DNA of 62,569 nucleotides, the filler included, from Squatina squatina (taxonomy: Eukaryota): NCBI GenBank assembly GCA_031763465.1. It is 4 parts of 4 records of this genome, joined end to end, with 100 filler letters (N's around TTAATTAATTAA, not from the genome) between each part and the next. Parts side by side here need not be neighbours in the genome. Positions count along the whole stretch, not along the records: positions 49,552 to 62,569 come from JARFOE010000057.1; 3 more parts are not named here. One strand, written 5' to 3'. Positions 52,782-62,569 of this stretch are shown piece after piece (the first letter of the stretch is position 1; each line of letters opens with the position of its first letter). The position numbers and the translations under genes were made by a program. The notes under the pieces were generated by a model, which was given only the letters and a program-made list of their open reading frames with translations, ran no database searches and was not told the DNA's origin.

Positions 52782-53284
52782 GTATTTAATTTTACTGAGA
52801 GCATGGTGATGATGTGTTTAACACAGTGCTGCAGGAAAAGCTGAGGTGGAGGAAACTGAAGCTAAAAATTGGGAAGGCAAATCAAACCATGTTTCACTCT
52901 GCATGAATTGCAAAAAAGTTTGAGCTTAATGCCTACTCTTGATCGTGTGGTAGTGAAGTATCATTTCAATACCAATGAATGGGGGAGTCACTCAGAACGG
53001 AAAGGATGGGGAATTGATAGTGTTGGAATTAGTGCTTGTCGGGACTTTGATTCCCATCTAGCTCTGAAAGGGGAAGGGGAGAATGACATTCAGAAGATCA
53101 ATGCTNNNNNNNNNNNNNNNNNNNNNNNNNNNNNNNNNNNNNNNNNNNNNNNNNNNNNNNNNNNNNNNNNNNNNNNNNNNNNNNNNNNNNNNNNNNNNNN
53201 NNNNNAGGTTCGGCACAACATCGTGGGCCGAAGGGCCTGTTATGTGCTGTATTTTCTATGTTCTATGTTCTATGTTCTAATTGA

Positions 53285-54172
53285 GGCCAGCAGGCCCAAC
53301 AGATGCTCACGGACCCTTCGTCTTTCTTTCCCCAGCGTGATGAAGGGTGGTTGGAGGTGGGGAAGCCATGGTCCAGGTCCTGGAGGAATCAGATCTACAG
53401 CATATGCACCTAGAGACCTGACAAGCTGCAGATTCTTTAGCGTGCCCTTCTTTTTGGGCACCTTTCCCAGGGCTGGGTCTTTGACGACTTGACAGAGAAG
53501 GAACTCCAACTCAAGCACCTCCTTCTCCAACTGCTCAATCCAGGTCTTCCATCTCTTGGTCAACCCTCTCGCATACTCCTGACCAAAGAGATGGATGTGA
53601 GTCTTGCCCACATCCCAGCATGGCCTCAAGGAGAGGATGTTCCCACTGCTTCCATCTCCAGTCAGCACAGAACCAATGAAACGAATACTGAACCGCTTAT
53701 GCTCCAACAGCAAGTTGTTAAAATGTGAGATCCGAGTACGGCACCTGCTGCATGAAAGCCGCCAGAACGAGGGAGATGTACACCTGGAAAATGTAAAGAC
53801 AGTCAATTCTGGACCTTCCTCCTCCAGACTTCATGTGAGCGAAGGCGCTGGAGTCGGGATGGAGATTTTGCCAGATGTCCACCAAGTTGAAGGGCCCGAC
53901 TAGGTCCCTCAACTTCCTCATTGTTGCCATACTGCGTGGGAGACTGGAGGGGTGCCTCGCCTCGAGGGTGCAGTTGAAATTGCCCCCCCCAAGGATAATG
54001 CACTTGCTGGCACTGATGGAGCCTAAAAGAGCAGACACTTCTTCAAAGAAGCAAGCTTACTGCCTGGAGAGCATACATGCTCATTAGGTGGAGCGGAATG
54101 ACTCCCAGGCAAACAGCGAGATGGAGCAGCTGGACTTTATTGCGACGACCAAGCCAACCAACCAGAAATTCC
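53285..54172 (-). mobile_element. Tx1/L1-clade LINE, degenerate endonuclease region
   Basis: IILGGGNFNCTLE, LVDIWQNLHPDS, RSRIDCLYI, WWD-like PCWDVGKTHIHLFGQEY; frameshifted. Confidence 0.85.
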
Positions 54173-55579
54173 NNNNNNNNNNNNNNNNNNNNNNNNNNNN
54201 NNNNNNNNNNNNNNNNNNNNNNNNNNNNNNNNNNNNNNNNNNNNNNNNNNNNNNNNNNNNNNNNNNNNNNNNCCCGAGAGTCAATATAGGCCAGCGAGCA
54301 CAGGGGTGTTGGGTGAACGGAATTTGGAGCGAGTTGGGACATGGGCAGCGGAGTCAATTCAAGAAAATGGAGGACAGTTCCAGTGCGGTATGGCCAGAAT
54401 GGTGGGGAGGAGGTCGCTTTAACAACCGCACTGGAGTAGCAACAGAATCCAGGCAAGGAGAAGCCGAAGACATCACATTTTTGTGGCTCACAGCGAAGGC
54501 CAGTGAAAGTGCGGAATAAAGAGAAGGGCACACTGAGCTCAGCCTGACTCTGATTATTGAAAAAAAACAGTGTGGGAAGTTTAAAAACAACTGACGCAAC
54601 CAGGCCCTCAGGGCTGAATCTGATGAATTCTGACTGAGTAAATGGGGTCACCAAGTGGGAAGATCAAGACACAATTGGCAATATCGAGTCATTCAATGCT
54701 GGCAAGCCTCCCTGTGACCAGTTGACAGACATTTCTGAATTCCGCTGTTTAACTTTTCACGTTCTATTGTTTATTCCTTTTAAAATAAAGTCTTTCATTG
54801 TTTAATTGAGGCACTGTGCAGCTTGACTAGACCACATAAGACAGATATCAATGTCACGGTCATGTAATTATTATTAATAATTGTGCCAATTCTTTGTTTT
54901 GAAACGTTGTTATTGCAAATGCCTGCTGTTTTGACAGTGCCCTCCCGTGACGCGGTGAGTTGGGGAAACACATGNNNNNNNNNNNNNNNNNNNNNNNNNN
55001 NNNNNNNNNNNNNNNNNNNNNNNNNNNNNNNNNNNNNNNNNNNNNNNNNNNNNNNNNNNNNNNNNNNNNNNNNNCATACAGAGTCACTGTCTACGTACTG
55101 TCTCACACTGTACAGTCTGCATACAGTAACCACACCCCACCCCCATCCCCGGCCTATTAGCTGCTTGACAATGGGCGACAACCAACTTTTACACCTGAGT
55201 GTCCGCCATTGATTTACCCATGAAGGTCATGCTGGTCTCAGTTATTACCTGGAGTCCCCACTGGGTGATGAACCAGGGACGTGAACTCTGGCTGATTTTT
55301 TGAGTCACCAATGGAAGAGGAATGGGGCCGTGTGCAGGGAGGGCTCTGAGCTTAATTGTAACAACCTGGCTTGTGTTTCGTTGTCTCAGAATGGGCTGAA
55401 GTTGCAGCGCGGGGTCCTCCCTGCTTTGGACACCTGGGCCTGTTTGCCAACCCTCGCCATGGGGGGGGGAGCCATTTTAATGTGGTATGTAATCCTACGC
55501 CAATCGTGGGCCTTAACCCCAAGACACTGAGCGTTCCCTTGGTGAGTCTGACGTTGTGCTTTGCTTTTAATCTCTACAG

Positions 55580-55727
55580 GCCCACACACTGAACCACTTC
55601 TGGATGCTGTACCCTCTGCTCTGCCTTGTTGCCCTGCCCCAGTGGGTAGTGGTTGCTGAGACTCTCTGTGGTTCCGAGCTGGTCGATACGCTACAGTTCG
55701 TATGTGGTGATCGGGGTTTTTATTTCA
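55580..55727 (+). CDS. Insulin-like growth factor family exon: signal peptide plus B domain (probable IGF3-type paralogue)
   Basis: ctacag|[49 protein letters not shown]|gtaagt; 148 bp, phase 0 to 1 as in IGF1/IGF2; both B-domain cysteines and GFYF present. Confidence 0.93.
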
Positions 55728-55932
55728 GTAAGTTCTGGTTAACACCTCTTAATTTAAACATGTGGTTTCCGTTTAAACCCCGCCTTATGTTCATTTAACT
55801 TGATGTGTACAGTTCTACAGGCTACAGGAGAANNNNNNNNNNNNNNNNNNNNNNNNNNNNNNNNNNNNNNNNNNNNNNNNNNNNNNNNNNNNNNNNNNNN
55901 NNNNNNNNNNNNNNNNNNNNNNNNNNNNNNNN

Positions 55933-57602
55933 CTCCTGCTCTGTAAACAACCGCTCCTCCTCCCCCGCTCTGTAAACAGCAGCTACTCCTCACGCTCTGT
56001 AAACAGTCGCTCCTCCACCCCCACTCTGTAAATGCCACTCCTCCTCTCCCCGCTCTGTAAACAGCCCCTCCTGCTCTCCCCGCTCTGTAAACAGCCGCTC
56101 CACCATGCCTGCTCTGTAAACAGCAGCTCCTCCTCACGCTCTGTAGTCAGTCGCTCCTCCTCTCCCCCGCTCTGCAAACAGCCGCTCCTCCTCCCCAGCT
56201 CTGAAAACAGTCGCTCCCCCTCTCCCCTGCTCTGTGAGCAACCGCTCCTCCTCCCATGCTCTGTAAACAGCTGCTCCTCCTCCCCAGCTCTGTAAACAGC
56301 TGCGTTCCGCCCCCTCCGTAAATAGCCGCTCCTCCTCCTCGCTCTGTAAACAGCCGCACTTGCTCCTCCACCCTTTACACAGCCGCTCCTCCTCTCCCAC
56401 TCGGTAAACTGCTGCTCCTCCCCTGCTCTGTAAAGAGCCACTCTCTTCCGGATCTGTAAACAGCCCCTCCTCCTCTCCCACTCTGTAAACAGCCGCTCTT
56501 CCTCTCCCACTCTGCAAACAGCTGCTCCTCCTCCCCCACTCTTTACACAGCCGCTCCTCCTCCCCCACTCTTTACACAGCCGCTCCTCCTCCCCCGCTCT
56601 TTACACAGCCGCTCCTCCTCCCCCACTCTTTACACAGCCGCTCCTCCTCTCCCACTCTTTACACAGTTACGCCTCCTCCCCCACTCTTTACAAAGCCGCT
56701 CCTTCTCTCCTGCTCTTTACACAGCCGCTCCTCCTCTCCCGCTCTTTACACAGTTACTCCTCCTCCCCCACTCTTTACACAGTTACTCCTCCTCTCCCGC
56801 TCTTTACACAGCCGCTCCTTGTCCCTGCCGTTTACAGAGCCGCTCCTCCTACCTCCCCCCTCCGCCATTTACACAGCCGTTCCTCCTCCCCCGCCCTTTA
56901 CACAGCCACTCCTCCTCCCCGCTCGGTAAACAGCCGCTCCTCCTCGACCGCCCTTTATACAGCCGCTCCTCCTCTCCAGCTCTGTAAGGAGTCGCTCCTC
57001 CTCCCCAGCGCTGTAAACAGCCACTTGTCCTCCTCTGTAAACAGTCGCTCCTCCACCTCCGCTCTGAAAACAGCCGCTCCTCCTCACCCGCTTTGTAAAT
57101 GCCGCTCCTCCTCTCCCTCGCTCTGTAAACAGCCGCTCCTCCTCCCCAGCTCTGAAAACAGCAGCTCCTCCTCCCCACTCTTTACACAGCTGCTCCTCCC
57201 CTCCTGCTCTGTAAACAATCGCTCCTCCTCCCCCGCTCTGTAAACAGCTGCTCCTCCCCTCCTGCTCCATAAACAGCCGCTCCTCCTCCCCAGCTCTGTA
57301 AACAGCCGCTCTTCACCCCCTCTGTAAACAGTCGCTGCACCTCCCCTGCTCTGTAAACAGCAACTCATCCTCCCCCGCTCTGTAAACAGCCGCTCCTCCT
57401 CCTCTGAAAACAGCAGCTCCTCCTCCCCACTCGACACAGCCGCTCGTCCTCTCCTGCTCTGTAAACAGCTGCTCCTCCTCTCTCGCTCTGTAAACAACCG
57501 CTCCTCCTCTCCCGCTCTGTAAACAGCCACTCCTCCTCTTCCCCAGCTCTGTAAACAGCCGCTACTCCTCCCCCGCTCTTTACACAGTTACTCCTCCTCA
57601 CC
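55933..57602. repeat. Minisatellite, unit about 27 bp, consensus GCTCTGTAAACAGCCGCTCCTCCTCCCC, roughly 60 copies
   Basis: Visible tandem array filling a whole contig; central sub-array (about 56540-56900) has the TTTACACAG variant. Confidence 0.97.
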
Positions 57603-57702
57603 NNNNNNNNNNNNNNNNNNNNNNNNNNNNNNNNNNNNNNNNNNNNNNNNNNNNNNNNNNNNNNNNNNNNNNNNNNNNNNNNNNNNNNNNNNNNNNNNNN
57701 NN

Positions 57703-58020
57703 CACAAAGCAAGGTCCCACAAATTGCAATTAAACTGTTCTGTGTGATGCTGGTGGAGAATTAATATTGACCAGGACACCTGGGAGATCTCCTCTGCTCT
57801 TCTGTGAATAGTGCCATGGGATTTTTTTACTTTCATCTAAAAAGGGCAGATGGGACTTCGGTTTAACATCGCACCAAAAAGACGACACCTTAGACAGTGC
57901 AGCACTCCTTCAGTATTGCACTGAAGTGTCAACCTAGCTTATGTGCTCAAGTTTCTGGAATGGGGCTTGAACCCACGAACTTCTGACTCAGGAGGCGAGA
58001 GTGCTACCATTGAGCTGGCT
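57703..58020 (-). mobile_element. tRNA-derived SINE
   Basis: gggcttgaacccacgaacttctgactcaggaggcgagagtgctacc tRNA-like head on the minus strand plus conserved core. Confidence 0.85.
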
Positions 58021-59541
58021 AAAAGCATAACTATAGCCAACCAATCTCAACACTTTCCTGAAAGGTAAGTACACATGCCTCACTGCAGTGCCAAAGAAAA
58101 TGGTTGATAGAACCCACAAGCTTGCTACCATGTAGGAGCTGGATTCATTCTCATTCACAAGAAATGTACACTCTGGTGGTAAAACCAGTAAACGAAAAAA
58201 ATGATTGGCCATGGTTTGGCAGCAGGAATATAGGAAGAGGTGGGTGCAGAAAGATACACAGTAGGGAGTATATTCATAATAAAAAAGCCTTCCATCCACC
58301 ATCAAGCATTGAAATTCAGTGAAGTTCAAAATTTAAGCTGTTTCAAGGAATATTCAGGATATGGCTCAATAATAGTCTTAACCATGAATACATAAGAGGA
58401 AATACCCAGGTGAATGAATTTGAACTAAAATGTACAAACGGTGGAAGACCTCATAATTGGTACCCCTATATTTATTCCAGCTGAATGCCCAGGCACAGAG
58501 ACATGAAACTGCTCCAACTGATCCTCAGCTCATTGTCCACCCCACTCCCAACCACCCCTCTGCAAGCAATGAGCAAAAGTATTGCCATTACATGGTGAAA
58601 ATTCTTTTTGCAGTTAGGAATCTTAAATAAAATATATGGGGAAATTTCATATGATTACTTAAAGCTAAGGGAATTATAGGCTTTAAGTCCATCAACTTCT
58701 TTAAAATAATCCAACACAATGCAATAGAAATATCACTTAAGGGTCTGATACAAAGTCACCTANNNNNNNNNNNNNNNNNNNNNNNNNNNNNNNNNNNNNN
58801 NNNNNNNNNNNNNNNNNNNNNNNNNNNNNNNNNNNNNNNNNNNNNNNNNNNNNNNNNNNNNNAGCGCCACATCGGACGGTGAAAAGTACCAGAATTTAGT
58901 CCACCAAGTGTTCCATTATCTATCATTCTGCTGATGTATCAGTTTTGCTTCTGTGTTATTTCTGTGTCTTAATACAAGAATGATTAGTTTTAGCCTGAAC
59001 TATATGGTTTGCCAGTGTTTGACTTTCTATCGATATCGATCAGGAATACACTGTTCACCTGTACTGTTTCCAGTGCGCACCCCAACAGAGGGCAGGCTGA
59101 CTGTCCGAGATACTTTGGTCATAGGAAGCGCTTGCTGCCCTGTGGATCTTGAATTGAGCAGGAGTATAAAATATCGGGAGGTAGTCCAGATCCTAATATC
59201 CATCAGTGCTCACATCATACCATCTGTCCCAAATCTTTTTGAAAGGAACCAGCAGTGCCCGTGAGTTCGTGTTAAGGGGAATCTATTCCACATATCTACT
59301 GTTTGGTCCAGATTAAGATTCATCAATNNNNNNNNNNCAGCCTCTTGACTTTTTATTCTGCCCTTGTTCTGAAGGTGCTGATTCTTGTGTGAGTGCCTGG
59401 CCTAGTGGCTGTTCTGATGTATGAGGTGACAGTGAGTGGTGTTGGTGGCGATGATGCTGTGTCCAGGTTGGGTCACTGAGTAGCTGTCGGGAACATTGAC
59501 CACGCTGTCATTTTTTGCTCTACCTTGCTTTATTTGTACAG

Positions 59542-59641
59542 ACAAAAGCTGACTGATGATTACTGTAAGCAGTTTACTGGAATCTTCCAACAATGGGAGA
59601 AAGACATTCAAAAGGCCAAGGACCAAGAAGAGAAAATAGAA
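59542..59641 (+). CDS. SYCP3-like (Cor1/Xlr) protein, internal exon
   Basis: tacag|(R)QKLTDDYCKQFTGIFQQWEKDIQKAKDQEEKIE|gtaagt; 100 bp; aligns with recalled SYCP3 [34 protein letters not shown]. Confidence 0.9.
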
Positions 59642-60007
59642 GTAAGTGTCCAGACATTATCTTGTATAATGTTATTTTGTCTTCTGTTTAACCTACCAAT
59701 CTGTATGTGCGCAGGATTTCTTCAGGATGTTACTTAGGACTGAACAAAGCATGAGTTTATCGTGACTGGATAAAATAATGANNNNNNNNNNNNNNNNNNN
59801 NNNNNNNNNNNNNNNNNNNNNNNNNNNNNNNNNNNNNNNNNNNNNNNNNNNNNNNNNNNNNNNNNNNNNNNNNNNNNNNNNCTGGGTGTGACACTGTGGG
59901 CAGTCCCAGAGCTGGGTGTGACACGCTGCTTGAAAAGAAAGGGAGGAGGACCATTGAGCGGAGATAAACTGGAAAAAGTGGCCTGTTTCCATTTGTTTCT
60001 TCTGCAG

Positions 60008-60106
60008 AACCTGTTTAGGCAGCAACAGAAGCTTTTCCAGCAGATGAGAGTGGTCCAAGGGCAAAGGCTGAAGAGCATCAAGCAGCTGTTTGACCAGTTC
60101 CTAAAG
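60008..60106 (+). CDS. SYCP3-like protein, next exon
   Basis: ctgcag|[33 protein letters not shown]|gtaaac; 99 bp; in phase with the previous exon. Confidence 0.92.
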
Positions 60107-60569
60107 GTAAACCGTGAAAAGGATTGGTGACTGAGAGATATTACTCAGGGCCAAAAATTCGGGCATTTAGCACCCAATACAGGGGGGAAAATGGTAGCTG
60201 CCACACTTTGATCCGCTGCCAGTGGGTCCCGTGGCGACTACCATTTTTGGCTGGGCGATAGCGCTACCGTTGACCACGCTCGCAAAATTGATGCAGACTG
60301 TGACATCAGTGAGTGTGTATCGCTCACGTGACACCCGATCTGTGATTTTCAAGTTTGCCGCTCCAGTTATCGACATGCCTTAACTGTGACCANNNNNNNN
60401 NNNNNNNNNNNNNNNNNNNNNNNNNNNNNNNNNNNNNNNNNNNNNNNNNNNNNNNNNNNNNNNNNNNNNNNNNNNNNNNNNNNNNNNNNNNNCTTCATCG
60501 GCTGCAAAGCGCTTTGGGACGTTCAGCCATTGTGAAAGGTGCTATTTAAATGCAAGTCTTTCTTTCTAT

Positions 60570-61310
60570 GACTTGAAAGATAAATATTCCAGGCTATAAT
60601 GTCCTTAGAAAGGGAAATTGGAAAAGGAGGAGTACCAATATTGAAAAGGGACACGAATACAGTATTAGAAAGAAGGGAAATCAGTAAGGGTGAGTAGTTA
60701 GTAGAAATACTATGGATAGAATTGAGGAACAGAAAAGGATGCAAGACTTTGCTGGGAATTGTTTATAGACCTCCAGATAGCTGTGATAAAGTAATGGGAT
60801 ACATAAACCCAGAGTTCAGAGAAGCTTGTTGCAAAAACTGAGTCATTATCATGGGAGACTTCAATTTTCACACAGACTGGGGGTAGCAGAACAGCTCGAG
60901 GCCCAAAGGTAGCAAATCTCTTTAGTGTATTTGGGACAGTCTTCTGGAACAATATGTTCTTGAACCAACAAGAGAACAGGCCATCTTATATTTAGTAATG
61001 AGTAATGAGCTTAAATTAGTTAATAATCTAATGGTAAGGGGACACCTAGCTAAAAGTGACCATAATATGATAGAATTCGATGTTAGGTTTGAGAGGGAGA
61101 AGGGTGAGTCACGAACCAAGGTTTTAAATTTGGGTGCAGCTGACTTTGGAGGGATGAGGCAGGAATTGACCACAATAGACTGGGCAGAACTATTAACAGA
61201 TAAAACTACAGATGAATGGTGGGAGGTGTTCAAAAAAAGTATTTGGTAAACTTCAAGACCTGTACATACTCCTAAAGGGAAAGAGCTCTCTGTATGTAAT
61301 TAAACAACCT
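60570..61310 (+). mobile_element. CR1 LINE ORF2 endonuclease/linker fragment
   Basis: EILWIELRNRKG, IVYRPPDS, IIMGDFNF, EQYVLEPTRE, SDHNMIEF; stops present. Confidence 0.9.
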
Positions 61311-61469
61311 NNNNNNNNNNNNNNNNNNNNNNNNNNNNNNNNNNNNNNNNNNNNNNNNNNNNNNNNNNNNNNNNNNNNNNNNNNNNNNNNNNNNNNNNNN
61401 NNNNNNNNNNGAGGGGTCACGGGTTGTGTGGGTGGAGGGTGGCAGCTGCCCACAATACACAGTACGTAC

Positions 61470-61628
61470 CACTAATTTATTGGTTATTTTTGCAGAGACA
61501 AAGCCAAAAGCGAGAATGTAGAGGCAGGGGTTATTCTCAAACAGCCGGCTGGTGGATTTCTTGTAGATCATCAATGCCAGTGTTATAACTGCCCCTATGT
61601 GGAGGAATGGTGACAGCACACTTGTACC
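61470..61628 (-). CDS. CEPT1: Choline/ethanolamine phosphotransferase 1, internal exon
   Basis: cacag|[53 protein letters not shown]|gtacgt; SPFLHIG and [12 protein letters not shown] are CEPT1-type (CHPT1 has SPGLHIG, GCVFAKVSQKLV). Confidence 0.92.
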
Positions 61629-62327
61629 CTGTGAAACATAATGACATGTGTGATTAACTCGCTGTCAGTCACCGTACCCCCATAATACAATCATTGTGTA
61701 AAGAGCTGATACCAGTGCTCACTGCCCAGGATCTGTTCCAGTAAGACGCCCCACTCAGTACATCCAGATACCCTGAGGCCATGGACAGAACCCACCACCG
61801 GGACACTGCCTGCCGTGAGAAACTGTCCACCCGTTGGGGCAGTGGGTCACAACTGGGGAATGGGCCGCAATCGATGTGGAGTCAGGGAGAATTGTGAATA
61901 ATCCACTCTCAACTTTCCATTAACTACGTTTCCTGCATTACTTGAATTTCCCACTCCTTACGGCCATCTCTCACTGCTCCTGCACATCTGGAAATCACAC
62001 ACTCTCACTCTGCAACATGGCCAGGGACAGACAGCAGCACTTTAACCCTCGCCCCGCCAACCACCACCCTTTCAGGAGCTGATGCAAGGATCAACATTGC
62101 AGGCTTGTAACAGTCCTCCTACTGGGAATATGAGACATCAGAACCGGTTTGCAGGTACATCTGATCTTGCTTTCTGGTTGATCCATCTGGTTAATATCTC
62201 TCTCTTCTCTCCTGCTCTTCTCCCTTTTCCTGTCTCCTCCCATCATTGATCCCATCCCCTCCTCTGCTTGATTCCTTGTCTCTCTCTGTCTCTCCCTGGT
62301 CGATATCTCACACTCACGGTTAGAATG

Positions 62328-62354
62328 CTCTCTCTCTCTCTCTCTCTCTCTCTC
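62328..62354. repeat. (TC)n microsatellite
   Basis: Pure TC run. Confidence 0.9.
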
Positions 62355-62569
62355 ACAGATACCTCATCGATCTCAACTAGCTAATTCTCGTCACCACCAG
62401 CCGATAAACACAGTCTTTAATAGACACAATCTTAACTCTCACAGGCCGTCTAAACTGCACTATCTCCCTATGGCTTGGACAAGCCGCTGGAGTAATAATG
62501 GAGCAACACAGGAGGGGGTGAGCCAGATTTATGAGTTTAACATTAAACAGATGAACCTGGAGCTCTAAC

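Noticed and set aside
55933-57602. CRISPR-like regular repeat
   Set aside because: No unique spacers, no cas genes, vertebrate context; ordinary tandem repeat
55754-57836. Many overlapping ORFs with GEEERLFTE / RRSGCLQS repeats
   Set aside because: Minisatellite translations open in several frames on both strands
52800-59500. Searched for a PMCH paralogue and for the IGF A-domain exon
   Set aside because: No RCMLGRVYRPCW-like or GIVxECC-like reading found; the exon-like 59074-59180 segment lacks insulin-family cysteine spacing

Overview
Vertebrate nuclear DNA, most likely a cartilaginous fish (shark-type CR1/L2 LINE tails, SINEs, Harbinger elements and MITEs). It comes from a very fragmented scaffold: contigs of about 0.4-5 kb are joined mostly by fixed 100-N gaps, and three artificial N44-TTAATTAATTAA-N44 spacers (14381, 34263, 49452) split the window into four unrelated blocks. 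Block 1 (1-14380) has no recognisable host gene, only repeats and non-coding DNA. Block 2 has MARCHF1 (minus strand, several exons, at least two alternative N-termini, a 2 kb intronic minisatellite) and the last exon of a FREM2/FREM3-type gene with a transmembrane helix and an -SSEV tail. Block 3 has NPRL2, CYB561D2, RBM15B, MANF and DOCK3 exons (human 3p21-type synteny). Block 4 is the most interesting: LRIF1-like exons (one with a 10 x 15-aa repeat), an IGF-family signal/B-domain exon, a minisatellite rich in forkhead (GTAAACA) motifs, two SYCP3-like exons and a CEPT1 exon. This mirrors the IGF1-SYCP3-CHPT1 block and suggests a retained whole-genome-duplication copy carrying a third IGF and a second SYCP3. 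Gene names come from recalled protein sequences, not database searches. All genes are partial, and adjacency across gaps is provisional.
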